The notes beneath the pieces were generated by a model. It was not told the origin of the DNA. It ran no database searches and saw only the letters and a program-made list of their open reading frames with translations. A DNA stretch of 64,000 nucleotides. Source: Candidatus Saganbacteria bacterium (GTDB taxonomy: Bacteria; Margulisbacteria; WOR-1; XYC2-FULL-46-14; WPAF01). A program made the position numbers and the translations under genes. The DNA is taken from positions 54,199 through 118,198 of the forward strand of contig WPAF01000002.1 of assembly GCA_009772965.1 (NCBI GenBank), read 5' to 3'. This document shows, piece by piece, positions 27,344 through 39,874 of the stretch. Within the stretch, counting starts at the first letter, position 1; each line of letters opens with the position of its first letter.

Positions 27344-29275
27344 TTATTTTATCAAGACATACTTTGTTTCTTTTTTAAACGGCTTAAACTCTCGGCCTCC
27401 TCCCTCATAAAATTTACCAAAAAATTCGACAAGCTGCAATCGCATAGAATGAATAAAAGCCCCAAGCACCGAGATAACTAAATTAAATAAATGTCCCCCT
27501 ACAAGGATTATCACCATTATGACATATCCTACAAATGGGATGCCGGCAGTAATTCCGGCAATGATATTTACCACCATACCGATTATTGAGGTGGTCATCA
27601 TAAGCGCTAAAAGGCGGGAGTAGGAGAGGGTGTCGCCCAAATAACTTGTAGTCTTATAAAGGCTAAGGATGCCGGAAATAGTTTTTTTTATGAAGGTTGG
27701 CTCCTGTCTCCCTTGGGTTAATACAAGGAGCAGCGCCCCAATAATTGAAAGCTTTGAAAATGTGCCCGCCCAGATTGAGCCGGTGAACATTGTGCCGGAC
27801 ATAATAACAAGCGACATTAAAAAGAATATCCATAATCCGTGATTTAGTATTCCCTCTAGATACTGCTTGTTTTTAAACTGCCAGCACATTGCTATTACCA
27901 GCCCGCAGATATTTTGAAAAACGCCCAAAAGCAATGAAATCAACAAAACATTAATCGGGTTTTTGATGGGGTCAATTATCCTAAGGCCAATTAGCAGGTT
28001 TCTTATCCCGCCATGAGGAATGGCTTCAAGCGAAATGCTGAAATAACTGCCGGTTATTATGCCGATGGGTATGGTAAGCACTCCGCCCCAGATAAGAAGG
28101 AGCATGAGATTTTTACCGCCTTCGGACAACTGCAGTTTTTTTAATAGATAATATGAAGCAGCGGCAAGGATCAGCCCGTATCCGGCGTCAGAGAGGCAGA
28201 CGGCAAAAAATAAAAGGTAAAAAAATGACAGGGCAGTGCTTGGATCGATTTCGTTTTGTTTTGGGAGGCCGAAGATTTTTGTGATCAGTTCAAACGGGCG
28301 GAAGATTTTTGGGTTTTCAATAATAACCGGAGCAATTTCGCCTTCTTTGGGAGATATCTTTTGGACATCAATCGTATTGGATATGTTTGACAATATTTTT
28401 TTAAGCTTGTTGAAATTTGAGTTTTTAATCCAACCTTCAATAAAAAAGGCGCTTTTTGTTTTAAAAGCGCTTGCCTGCGCATCTTCCTCTGATTTTTTAA
28501 TAAAAAGAAAATCATAAACATAACCAAGCCGCGGCAAAACCTTTGCCATTTCCTTTGCTTTTTTTTCAAGGTTAAAAAGGTTTTCGCGCGACGTTTCCTG
28601 TAGTTGTTGATGCTGTTCCAGTTCTTCTTTTGCGGTATTTTTTGATGAGGGGAGGGGAATTTTGACAAATTCGTTTTTGGCAAGAAGCCCGTTGATAGCT
28701 TTTTCCTCTCTTTTCAAGAAAACAACAAGCAAATAGGTATCTGTCTTTTCTGAATTTACAACACTAATCTCAGCAAAAGGGGTTAATTTAGATAAATTGT
28801 TTTTAAACTCTTCAAGTTTTTTTGTTTTTATGCTTCCAGAAATTATACCGGCAGTTTTTGCGCCGGCCAAAATATTTAGGGGGGTAGTTAAGTTTTGCCA
28901 GGGGGAGAGAATTTCAATCTCTGATTTTAATTTGACCATAAAACTGCGGAGGTTGCCGATTTCCTGCTCAATGTCTTTCACGGATTTTATTATTTCTCCC
29001 CAGTTGAACTTTTTATAAGACATATTAAGTGTTTCCTCGTCAACAATTTCACGCGTTGGGGCAAAAGATTCCAAAAGGTTTTTCTTTTTATTCGCCGCTT
29101 TTTCAAGAAAGGTAATTGCCGCTTTGATTTCTGAAAGCTCCAATTCGCTTGTTTGCGGCTTTGCTCCCTGGCTGATAATCTGGATAATTTCTTCTTTGCT
29201 TAATTTTTCAATAACTGAGTTTTGCAGGCTTTTGTGCCCAATAATCAAAGTTTTAACAACTTCGGCTACTGCCAT
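27344..29275 (-). CDS. atpI: V/A-type ATP synthase subunit I (a-subunit)
   Basis: 643 aa. The N-terminal half is a soluble coiled-coil region. The C-terminal half has about 7 TM helices with a conserved R-containing helix (..HSMRLQLVEFFGKFYEGGG..). Confidence 0.8.
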   Translation of the reverse strand: MAVAEVVKTLIIGHKSLQNSVIEKLSKEEIIQIISQGAKPQTSELELSEIKAAITFLEKAANKKKNLLESFAPTREIVDEETLNMSYKKFNWGEIIKSVKDIEQEIGNLRSFMVKLKSEIEILSPWQNLTTPLNILAGAKTAGIISGSIKTKKLEEFKNNLSKLTPFAEISVVNSEKTDTYLLVVFLKREEKAINGLLAKNEFVKIPLPSSKNTAKEELEQHQQLQETSRENLFNLEKKAKEMAKVLPRLGYVYDFLFIKKSEEDAQASAFKTKSAFFIEGWIKNSNFNKLKKILSNISNTIDVQKISPKEGEIAPVIIENPKIFRPFELITKIFGLPKQNEIDPSTALSFFYLLFFAVCLSDAGYGLILAAASYYLLKKLQLSEGGKNLMLLLIWGGVLTIPIGIITGSYFSISLEAIPHGGIRNLLIGLRIIDPIKNPINVLLISLLLGVFQNICGLVIAMCWQFKNKQYLEGILNHGLWIFFLMSLVIMSGTMFTGSIWAGTFSKLSIIGALLLVLTQGRQEPTFIKKTISGILSLYKTTSYLGDTLSYSRLLALMMTTSIIGMVVNIIAGITAGIPFVGYVIMVIILVGGHLFNLVISVLGAFIHSMRLQLVEFFGKFYEGGGREFKPFKKETKYVLIK

Positions 29276-29559
29276 GCTTTTTTTGCCTCTTTGATTTTTG
29301 AAGGCGGAGTTTGTTTGATTTTTTCTATGTCGAGATTGAGCTGTTTTTCAATTGTTTGTTTTTCTTTTTCCGCAGATATTTCCGCGTCTTTAAGGTAAGC
29401 TTCAATCTTTACTAAAGCGTTATCTTGGGCTTCTTTTATCAGAGCTTCAGCGTTATTACGGGCTCTTTGCACCTTGAGGATCGCATTCTTTTTTGCCTCT
29501 TCAATTATCTGCGCGGCTTTTGCTTCGGCCTCTTGGATTGTTTTTATTGCTTCTTCCAT
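29266..29559 (-). CDS. V/A-type ATP synthase subunit G/H-like (stalk)
   Basis: 97 aa helical, E/K/A-rich (MEEAIKTIQEAEAKAAQIIEEAKKNA...). It is the first gene of the operon, in the same order as Thermus/Enterococcus G. Confidence 0.55.
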   Translation of the reverse strand: MEEAIKTIQEAEAKAAQIIEEAKKNAILKVQRARNNAEALIKEAQDNALVKIEAYLKDAEISAEKEKQTIEKQLNLDIEKIKQTPPSKIKEAKKAWQ

Positions 29560-29610
29560 AAATCTTATGGGAATTTTAACATGATATTAAAGCTTAGTCC
29601 ATTCAAGCGG
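29513..29610. repeat. Direct repeat copy 1 (5' end of the ATPase G gene plus upstream region)
   Basis: GCGGCTTTTGCTTCGGCCTCTTGGATTGTTTTTATTGCTTCTTCCAT...AATTTTAACATGATATTAAAGCTTAGTCCATTCAAGCGG. A near-identical copy lies at 31571-31670. Confidence 0.7.
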
Positions 29611-29622
29611 AGATAACTCTTG

Positions 29623-30891
29623 CTATTTAAACAAATCATCAAGCTCACACGAAAGTAACGCTGATTTGTTTAAAACTATCTGTTCTTTTTGGTTTAAATT
29701 ATCCGCCGTCATTCTAATCACTTTCGTGGAAATGCTGTTGCCAAGCATAACACGGTTTGTTTTCTTAAGATATGCCTCGACTTTATCGTAAAAAAGCGTC
29801 ACGTACTGTTTTAATTTATCGCTTAATTGGCCTTTTATATCGCTGATAACCAGCTGAACTACTTTGTCGTTTATTTTTGTTGGCAAATCTCCTTCCCGAT
29901 CAGTAATCCAATAATCGCTTATAATGCATCGAATTCGGGTGGATCTTTCTTCTTCGGTATTATAAGTATATATGAGAAAATAATTGTCGGTATCAAAATC
30001 CTGGTGTACCTCCATGCTTTCCAATTTTGTTGCCGTATTGATTTTATAATCTTCAAGAAGCCGTAAATAGCTTTCCCTCCAGTTTTTCAGCCAGTTTTCA
30101 ATAAAAATCTGGTTCACGAAAAGCGGCGTTAAGTCATGCTTGAGGTTCACATTATTTACTTTATTCATTTGCAAGGTAAGCTTGTCAAAAAGCGCCCGCA
30201 AATCTTTCACATCTATCTTTTTGGCGACGAGATAGTCAAGATCTGGAACAACCTTTTTTGTCATATACCAAAGGAGGTCGTAAATATCGCGGCCTTTTTC
30301 TTCATATACGGCGTCACCCACGCCACGCTGTCCACGCAGAAAAATAGCGGCGATTTTGCTAGCCATAAGCGCCGACATATTGTAGGTTGTAATAACAAAC
30401 GAGAGTTGGTCGCGGTTTATCGGCCTTCGCTCAACCACGGTCTTTGGCGCCGTGAAGTGATGCAGATCAATTTTAACATGCACTTGTTTTGAAGGATGCC
30501 CGAGGCCCAATTCATCGCCGATATGAAAGCGCAGAAGAAGCCCTCGGACGCCGGTTGTTTTTACCGTCAAAAAATCTGCCTCCGTGCCGTAGGTATTTGA
30601 GAAATGTTTCTCAATGGCTTCTTTTATTTCTCTGAGAAAGGGTGTAGTTATCTCGCTTTTAATTTCAAAATCCAAATCAACCGACATGCGATCAAGCCCA
30701 TGGCAAATGCGGAGCGCCGAGCCGCCGTACATTATCCAATCACTATATTGGGGATGGTGATAAATAAAATTGAGAACATAGTATTGCAAATCTTCTTTCA
30801 AGGCATTGCGTTTTATCTCCACATCCAATGTTTTATGGGTGGCGAGATCATCAATTTTTATTTTAAGTGCCGCGAGAATTTGGTTACTCAT
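29623..30891 (-). CDS. Large AbiEii/DUF1814-family nucleotidyltransferase (toxin-like)
   Basis: 422 aa. The N-terminal ..YVLNFIYHHPQYSDWIMYGGSALRICHGLDRMSVDLDF matches the AbiEii NTase core motif. The start overlaps the upstream AbiEi-like gene. Confidence 0.65.
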   Translation of the reverse strand: MSNQILAALKIKIDDLATHKTLDVEIKRNALKEDLQYYVLNFIYHHPQYSDWIMYGGSALRICHGLDRMSVDLDFEIKSEITTPFLREIKEAIEKHFSNTYGTEADFLTVKTTGVRGLLLRFHIGDELGLGHPSKQVHVKIDLHHFTAPKTVVERRPINRDQLSFVITTYNMSALMASKIAAIFLRGQRGVGDAVYEEKGRDIYDLLWYMTKKVVPDLDYLVAKKIDVKDLRALFDKLTLQMNKVNNVNLKHDLTPLFVNQIFIENWLKNWRESYLRLLEDYKINTATKLESMEVHQDFDTDNYFLIYTYNTEEERSTRIRCIISDYWITDREGDLPTKINDKVVQLVISDIKGQLSDKLKQYVTLFYDKVEAYLKKTNRVMLGNSISTKVIRMTADNLNQKEQIVLNKSALLSCELDDLFK

Positions 30892-31504
30892 GGCGTATAT
30901 ATTTTTTTATCATAGCGTACAATTTTTCTCGTTCTTGTTTGTCCATTTCATCAATATCTATGCGCAACTCAGGGATCAAGGCATCTATCGCTTCCTGCTT
31001 TACCCCGCGAAATTGGCGCGTTTTGAAATATAAAAGGTCAAAAAGTGCTTTTGAGGGCGAAGCGAGAAAAAAGTCAAATCTTCCTTTCACCAAAGAAAAG
31101 CCGGAAAAAAGTTCTTTTTTTATGGAATGATATTCAAAAATTCCCGCCTTAGTGGAATAGGTTTTTGTGATTTTAGGGGTGACTGAGGTAACGGCATGAA
31201 TTATTTCGGTGGCTAAATTATAATACTGCAAAGCCGCCCAAGAGCTTATATACGATGGCATGCGTAAAACATTGGCAAGATAAAACGAATAAGAGATGTC
31301 GCTTTTGTTTTTGTGGTAAAAATCCGCGGAAATGTATAACCCATTCTTGAGATGAATAATTTCTTTGTGCGCTAAAGAACGGTTGATGTAGGAATCAACG
31401 GTGGTGCTTTTAATCTCGTACTGCTTGCATATTTGGGAAATAGTCTCCTTATTGAAATATGGTAGGGCCTTTAGTTGTTCAAGTAATATTTCTCGATATT
31501 TCAT
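30884..31504 (-). CDS. AbiEi-like antitoxin/regulator partner
   Basis: 206 aa. The region ..ANVLRMPSYISSWAALQYYNL.. resembles the AbiEi family. It is operonic with, and overlaps by 8 nt, the NTase gene. Confidence 0.55.
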   Translation of the reverse strand: MKYREILLEQLKALPYFNKETISQICKQYEIKSTTVDSYINRSLAHKEIIHLKNGLYISADFYHKNKSDISYSFYLANVLRMPSYISSWAALQYYNLATEIIHAVTSVTPKITKTYSTKAGIFEYHSIKKELFSGFSLVKGRFDFFLASPSKALFDLLYFKTRQFRGVKQEAIDALIPELRIDIDEMDKQEREKLYAMIKKYIRHE

Positions 31505-31570
31505 AATTATGATGCAATCATATCATTTGTGAAACGACTTGTCAACGCCCATCACCGCGACAAAGTAGGC

Positions 31571-31670
31571 GTCGGCTTTTGTCTCGGCCTCTTGGATTAT
31601 TTTTATTGCTTCTTCCATGGTTATTTGTAGCAATTTTAACATGATATTAAAGCTTAGTCCATTTAAGCTG
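31571..31670. repeat. Direct repeat copy 2 (includes a truncated duplicate of the first 12 codons of the ATPase G gene)
   Basis: GTCGGCTTTTGTCTCGGCCTCTTGGATTATTTTTATTGCTTCTTCCAT...CAATTTTAACATGATATTAAAGCTTAGTCCATTTAAGCTG. About 90% identical to 29513-29610. Confidence 0.7.
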
Positions 31671-32047
31671 AGGAGGGTTAAAGGTTCTCGCAAATACTAT
31701 CTTAATTTAGGCCAAAAGTGGTCTTGACAATGGGGTCAAGCTTAATCCCGATTATGCTTCTGGTACAAAAGGAAAACATTCATTTTTGATTCCTCAAGAA
31801 GCAGTTGGTGGAGTTTTTCCCCAACTCCAATTAATGTTTGCTCCGGGAAAAATAGAAAGCGGCTCGATTTTACGCGTATATTTTGAATAATTTAATTTAA
31901 TGTATATTTGCCGCTCATAAGTTTTGTACACAAATATACTTATGGGCGGCAGCGTTTAAAGGCATACTCCTGCTACGGTTGGATTTTACATGGCGCAATA
32001 CGAATAATTGAATAAATAAACCAGTTATGATATTATAAAATCCCGTG

Positions 32048-33001
32048 ATGCTAATATTTATTCCTGCGTTTTTAATAGCCCTTTTTGTGACCATTCTTGC
32101 TACTCCTATTGTCTCAAAAATCGCCGTCCGCTTTGGCGCGGTAGATAACCCCGGCGAAAGAAAAGTACATACTAAAATTGTCCCAAGATTGGGTGGGGCG
32201 GCGATATATGCCGGCTTTATCTGTTCCCTGATTTTTGGGATTATATTCCTAAAATTATTGGGGAGGGGAATGGAGCCGCTCCATCTTTTGGGAATAATAA
32301 TAGGCGGCACTTTGATTTTTTTAGTCGGTATTTTTGATGACTTAACAGGATTAAAACCAATAACCAAATTAATCTGGCAGTTTATTGCCGCGGGCTTTGT
32401 GGTTTTTTCAGGCGTCACAATTGGCTTTATTTCCAACCCCTTTAATGGAATGCTTACGCTTGGTTTAGTCGGAATCCCGTTGACTTTAATTTGGATTGTG
32501 GGCATGACCAATGCTATAAATCTTATTGACGGGCTGGATGGCCTGGCGGCGGGGGTTACTGCCATATCTTCTGGGACGCTGTTTTTTGTGGCGCTAAGGA
32601 CTCACCAAATCGGAGCGGCTTTAATTATGCTTTCTTTATGCGGAGCGGCGCTGGGATTTTTGCGGTACAATTTTTTTCCAGCTAAGATATTTTTGGGTGA
32701 TTCAGGCAGTTACCTTTTAGGATTTCTGCTGGCGTCGGCATCAGTAATAGGGGTTTTCAAAACTACGCTGGTAGTAGCTCTTATTATTCCCATCATGATT
32801 TTAGGCGTGCCGATATTTGATACTATGTTTGCCATTACCAGAAGGTTGGGCGAGGGGCGGTCTCCCTTTGCGGCGGATAAAAAACATATCCACCACATGC
32901 TCTTAAGGGCGGGATTTACACAGAGGGAAGCGGTTTTGGCGATTTATATTGCCTGCTTTCTTTTAAGCATAGGAGCGCTTCTCATGGCGTTAAGCAAATG
33001 A
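32048..33001 (+). CDS. wecA: Polyprenyl-phosphate N-acetylhexosamine-1-phosphate transferase (WecA/TagO/MraY family)
   Basis: About 318 aa with 10-11 TM helices. Motifs ..NAINLIDGLDGLA.. and DSGSY are diagnostic of the MraY/WecA family. Confidence 0.8.
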   Translation: MLIFIPAFLIALFVTILATPIVSKIAVRFGAVDNPGERKVHTKIVPRLGGAAIYAGFICSLIFGIIFLKLLGRGMEPLHLLGIIIGGTLIFLVGIFDDLTGLKPITKLIWQFIAAGFVVFSGVTIGFISNPFNGMLTLGLVGIPLTLIWIVGMTNAINLIDGLDGLAAGVTAISSGTLFFVALRTHQIGAALIMLSLCGAALGFLRYNFFPAKIFLGDSGSYLLGFLLASASVIGVFKTTLVVALIIPIMILGVPIFDTMFAITRRLGEGRSPFAADKKHIHHMLLRAGFTQREAVLAIYIACFLLSIGALLMALSK

Positions 33002-34155
33002 TGAACCGTAAAAGAATAATGTTTGTTTTTGGGACTAGGCCAGAGGCCATCAAGATGGCTCCGGTTATACTTGAAGTTGAAAAACATCCCGATATTTTGC
33101 AGGGGATAATAGTTTCTACCGGCCAGCACCGCGAAATGCTCAACCAGGTTAACAGGATATTTGACATCCGCCCCGACTATGACTTAAGTATTATGGAGCA
33201 ATCCCAAACTCTTTTGCGAATTACAGTAAAAACAATCCAGGGGCTTGAAGGCATATTATTGCGAGAAAAACCGGATATGCTTCTTGTCCAGGGCGACACC
33301 ACTACCGCGTTTGCCGCCGGGCTTTGCGCCTTTTACAATAAAATTCCGGTTGGGCATGTTGAGGCGGGGCTTAGGACAGGGGATAGGACAAGGCCGTATC
33401 CTGAAGAAATAAACCGCCGATTAATTTCTGTGGCGGCGGACCAGCATTATGCCCCGACAAAAAGGTCAAAAGATAATTTATTAAAAGAAGCTGTCCCTGA
33501 GCCATCTATTTACCTTACCGGAAATACAGTTATTGACGCCCTGCTTAAGGTATCCCAAAGGGATTTCAATTTAAAGAGACATGGGTTAAACCTCGATTAC
33601 AATAAAAAAATTGTATTGGTCACAACCCACCGGCGCGAGTCTTTTGGCGGTCCCATGAAAGGCATATGTTCAGCAGTTGGCCGTCTGGCAAAAAAATACG
33701 AAAAAGAAATTCAAGTGGTTCTCCCCGCGCATAAAAATCCCATGGTAAGAGATGTTGTTAATGAAATGCTTGGCAATATCAGTAATGTTGAAATAATCGA
33801 GCCGCTGGATTATGAGCCGTTTGTTCATTTAATGAAAGCTTCATATATTATACTAACCGATTCCGGAGGGGTGCAGGAAGAAGCGCCTTCTTTAGGCAAG
33901 CCGGTTTTAGTGCTAAGGGAAAAAACCGAAAGACCCGAGGCAATTGAAGCGGGAACGGTAAAGTTAATCGGAGTTGACGAGGAAGCCATTTTTTCAGAAG
34001 CGGAAAAACTCATTCTTGATCAAAACGAATATAATAAAATGAAGCGATCAGTCAATCCTTATGGTGACGGCAAAGCCGCGATTAGGATAATTCAATCAAT
34101 ATTGTACTTTTTTGGTTTTACAGACAAAAAAGCCAAGGAATTTAACAGCCTATGA
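32998..34155 (+). CDS. wecB: UDP-N-acetylglucosamine 2-epimerase (non-hydrolysing)
   Basis: MNRKRIMFVFGTRPEAIKMAPVI...HVEAGLRT...DSGGVQEEAPSLGKPVLVLR match the conserved epimerase blocks. Confidence 0.85.
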   Translation: MMNRKRIMFVFGTRPEAIKMAPVILEVEKHPDILQGIIVSTGQHREMLNQVNRIFDIRPDYDLSIMEQSQTLLRITVKTIQGLEGILLREKPDMLLVQGDTTTAFAAGLCAFYNKIPVGHVEAGLRTGDRTRPYPEEINRRLISVAADQHYAPTKRSKDNLLKEAVPEPSIYLTGNTVIDALLKVSQRDFNLKRHGLNLDYNKKIVLVTTHRRESFGGPMKGICSAVGRLAKKYEKEIQVVLPAHKNPMVRDVVNEMLGNISNVEIIEPLDYEPFVHLMKASYIILTDSGGVQEEAPSLGKPVLVLREKTERPEAIEAGTVKLIGVDEEAIFSEAEKLILDQNEYNKMKRSVNPYGDGKAAIRIIQSILYFFGFTDKKAKEFNSL

Positions 34156-35432
34156 GAAGAATCCTGATTGTGGGGGGCAAACGGCTGGCAGGCGAGGTTG
34201 AGGTCTCAGGCAGTAAAAATGCGTCTTTGCCAATATTAGCCGCGACAATTTTAACCCGCGGGATGTCAACCCTTTCCTCTGTCCCTTGCCTTTTGGATAT
34301 TTTAACAATGATCAGGGTTTTAAGGGCTTTGGGGATAAGAGCCGAGTATTCTCCTCCAAACACAGTTAAAGTCTGGGTAAACGATCACGTCAAGCATATT
34401 GCCCCATATGAGTTAGTGACAAAAATGCGCGCTTCGTTTTTTATAATGGGTCCGCTTTTGGCTAGAACTGGTTTTGCCAAGGTTCCTCTTCCGGGAGGCT
34501 GTGCGATTGGATCCCGTCCGGTAAACATCCACATCAAAGGGCTTGAGGCGCTAGGCGCAAAGATTGAGCTTGAGCATGGGTTTGTCATTGCCAGAGCCAG
34601 CAAACTTAAAGGGGATAGGATAATCCTTGATTTCCCGTCAGTTGGCGCGACCGAAAATGTTATGATGGCGGCCACGCTGGCTGAAGGCGAGACAGTTATT
34701 GAAAATTCCGCAAGGGAGCCGGAAATTGTGGATTTGGCGAATTATTTAATCAAAGCTGGCGCAAAAATATCTGGAGCAGGAACTGATATTATCAAAATTG
34801 AAGGGGTAAAAGAATTAAATGCCGTAAACCATAAAATAATACCTGATCGGATAGAAGCCGGAACGCTGATGATTGCCGCCGCCATAACCCGCGGGGATGT
34901 AGTGATAAAAAATATAAATGCCGACCATATAGATTCAATCATTTTAAAACTCAGGTCAGCCGGAATAGAAATTTCTGTAAACGGGAATCAAGTAAGGGTG
35001 CATTCGCCGGATGGGATAAAGCCGGTTGATATTATAACCCAGCCTTTTCCCGGATTCCCAACCGATATGCAGCCGCAAATGGTGGCTTTGCTTGCTTTGG
35101 CATCCGGAACATCAGTTGTCACCGAAACAGTTTTTGAAAACCGGTTTATGCATGTGCATGAATTAAAAAGAATGGGCGCGGATATCCGGCTTGAAGGCTT
35201 GAGCGCGATTGTGAACGGGGTGAATAAACTTGAGGGGGCGCCGGTTAAAAGCCGCGACCTTAGGGCCGGGGCGGCATTGATTGTCGCCGGATTAGTCGCA
35301 GAAGGAGAAACCCTGATAGAAGATATGGATCGTTTTATTGAACGCGGTTATGAAGGGATTGATAAAAAACTTATTTCCCTCGGCGCCGACATCAGGGAAT
35401 TAAAAAACATTTCTGACTATGAAGATGAATAA
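34152..35432 (+). CDS. murA: UDP-N-acetylglucosamine 1-carboxyvinyltransferase
   Basis: MRRILIVGGKRLAGEVEVSGSKNASLPILAA... includes the active-site Cys region (..PGGCAIGSRPV..). 426 aa. Confidence 0.9.
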   Translation: MRRILIVGGKRLAGEVEVSGSKNASLPILAATILTRGMSTLSSVPCLLDILTMIRVLRALGIRAEYSPPNTVKVWVNDHVKHIAPYELVTKMRASFFIMGPLLARTGFAKVPLPGGCAIGSRPVNIHIKGLEALGAKIELEHGFVIARASKLKGDRIILDFPSVGATENVMMAATLAEGETVIENSAREPEIVDLANYLIKAGAKISGAGTDIIKIEGVKELNAVNHKIIPDRIEAGTLMIAAAITRGDVVIKNINADHIDSIILKLRSAGIEISVNGNQVRVHSPDGIKPVDIITQPFPGFPTDMQPQMVALLALASGTSVVTETVFENRFMHVHELKRMGADIRLEGLSAIVNGVNKLEGAPVKSRDLRAGAALIVAGLVAEGETLIEDMDRFIERGYEGIDKKLISLGADIRELKNISDYEDE

Positions 35433-35791
35433 TATAGAAATCTGCGCAAGCAAGGAGAGCTTTTTTGACGCCGGCATATTTAAATCAGTCAAAATCAGTG
35501 TTGTTAAAATACTAAAAGAAAATAAGTTGTCAGGTAAATTAGGCATAACTTTTATCGATGACAAAGAGATGAAAAAGCTAAATAATAAATATAGAAAGAA
35601 AAACAAATCAACGGATGTCTTGTCTTTTGAAATAAATGATAATGGGGTTTTAGGCGATGTTTATATCTCATATCCTCAGGCCGTAAAACAGGCAAAAGCT
35701 TTCAGCTGGAGCTTAAAAGAAGAAATTAACCGGCTGGCTTTACATGGGACGCTCCATGTATTAGGATATACGCATAAAGAAATGAGCAAAT

Positions 35792-35802
<11 letters not shown>
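35419..35802 (+). CDS. ybeY: rRNA maturation endoribonuclease YbeY
   Basis: 127 aa with the HGTLHVLGYTH zinc-binding H3xH5xH motif. Confidence 0.85.
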
Positions 35803-38712
<2,910 letters not shown>

Positions 38713-38743
38713 TTATTTTCTTTATTGTATAATCTAATCAAGT

Positions 38744-39181
38744 ATGAAAGTCCAAATAAAACGTTTGCCGCATAGTGAAAACATCCCTTTGCCAAAATAC
38801 ATGTCCGCCCATGCGGCGGGAATGGATTTATACGCGGCGGTTGATCCGGAAATGATTATTAAAGCTGGAGAGTGGAAGCTTGTCCCGACCGGCATTTCAA
38901 TCGCCCTGCCTGATGGATATGAGGCGCAAGTCCGCCCGAGGTCTGGTTTGGCGTTGAAGCAGGGGATTTCTGTCCTTAATACTCCTGGCACAATTGACGC
39001 GGATTACCGCGGCGAAGTAGGCGTCATTCTTATGAACCACGGCAAACAAGACCTGGTTATTAAGCGCGGCGACAGGATTGCCCAGATGATAATCAATGAA
39101 GTGGTCAGGATTGAATTTGAAGAAGTTGGTGAACTTTCTGAAACAACAAGAGGTGCAGGAGGCTTTGGACACACGGGATAA
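38744..39181 (+). CDS. dut: dUTP diphosphatase
   Basis: 145 aa with the conserved dUTPase motifs (..AGMDLYA.., ..RSGLA.., ..[11 protein letters not shown].., ..[10 protein letters not shown]). Confidence 0.85.
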   Translation: MKVQIKRLPHSENIPLPKYMSAHAAGMDLYAAVDPEMIIKAGEWKLVPTGISIALPDGYEAQVRPRSGLALKQGISVLNTPGTIDADYRGEVGVILMNHGKQDLVIKRGDRIAQMIINEVVRIEFEEVGELSETTRGAGGFGHTG

Positions 39182-39199
39182 CCCCTCAAGGAGTAAAAC

Positions 39200-39874
39200 A
39201 TGATAAAAGTAATTGTTAACGGGGCAAAGGGGAAGATGGGGCAGGAAACCGTGAAGGCGGTTGAAAAAGAATCGGATTTGAAATTGGCCGCAAAGCTGGA
39301 TGTAGGCGATAATTTAGCTGAAGCGATAAAAAAACATCAAGCCCAGGTTGTGATTGACTTCACCCACCCTGAATCGGTAATCAGCAATATCAGGACAATC
39401 CTGACTTCCGGTGCCCATGCCGTGATCGGCACAACCGGAATCTCAAAAGATGATCTCATGGAAATAGGAAAGCTTTGCGAAAAAAATAAAGTTAACTGCC
39501 TGATTGCCCCCAATTTTGCTATTGGGGCGGTGCTGATGATGCAATACGCAAAAGATGCGGCAAAGCACATGCGCCACGCGGAAATTATTGAAATGCACCA
39601 TCCTCAAAAAGTGGATCGTCCATCGGGAACCGCTCTAAAAACTGCCGAGATGATGAAGGAATCATTGGGTGAAGGCGCGGATGTTCCTATACATTCTGTC
39701 CGCTTGCCCGGGCTTGTAGCTCATCAGGAAGTGATTTTTGGCGGGCTGGGGCAAACCCTAACCATCCGCCACGACACTATAAATCGGGAATCTTTCATGC
39801 CTGGAGTAATTTTAGCTGTTAAAAAAGTAGCCCACCTAAAAGGGTTGGTTTACGGTTTGGAAAATATACTTTAA
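39200..39874 (+). CDS. dapB: 4-hydroxy-tetrahydrodipicolinate reductase
   Basis: MIKVIVNGAKGKMGQ... gives the NAD-binding N-terminus, and ..E.IEMHH..K.D.PSGTA.. is the DapB substrate-binding motif. Confidence 0.85.
   Translation: MIKVIVNGAKGKMGQETVKAVEKESDLKLAAKLDVGDNLAEAIKKHQAQVVIDFTHPESVISNIRTILTSGAHAVIGTTGISKDDLMEIGKLCEKNKVNCLIAPNFAIGAVLMMQYAKDAAKHMRHAEIIEMHHPQKVDRPSGTALKTAEMMKESLGEGADVPIHSVRLPGLVAHQEVIFGGLGQTLTIRHDTINRESFMPGVILAVKKVAHLKGLVYGLENIL

Noticed and set aside
31915-32565. 216-aa minus-strand ORF
   Set aside because: Antisense to the confidently identified wecA/MraY-family gene. No RBS or motifs.
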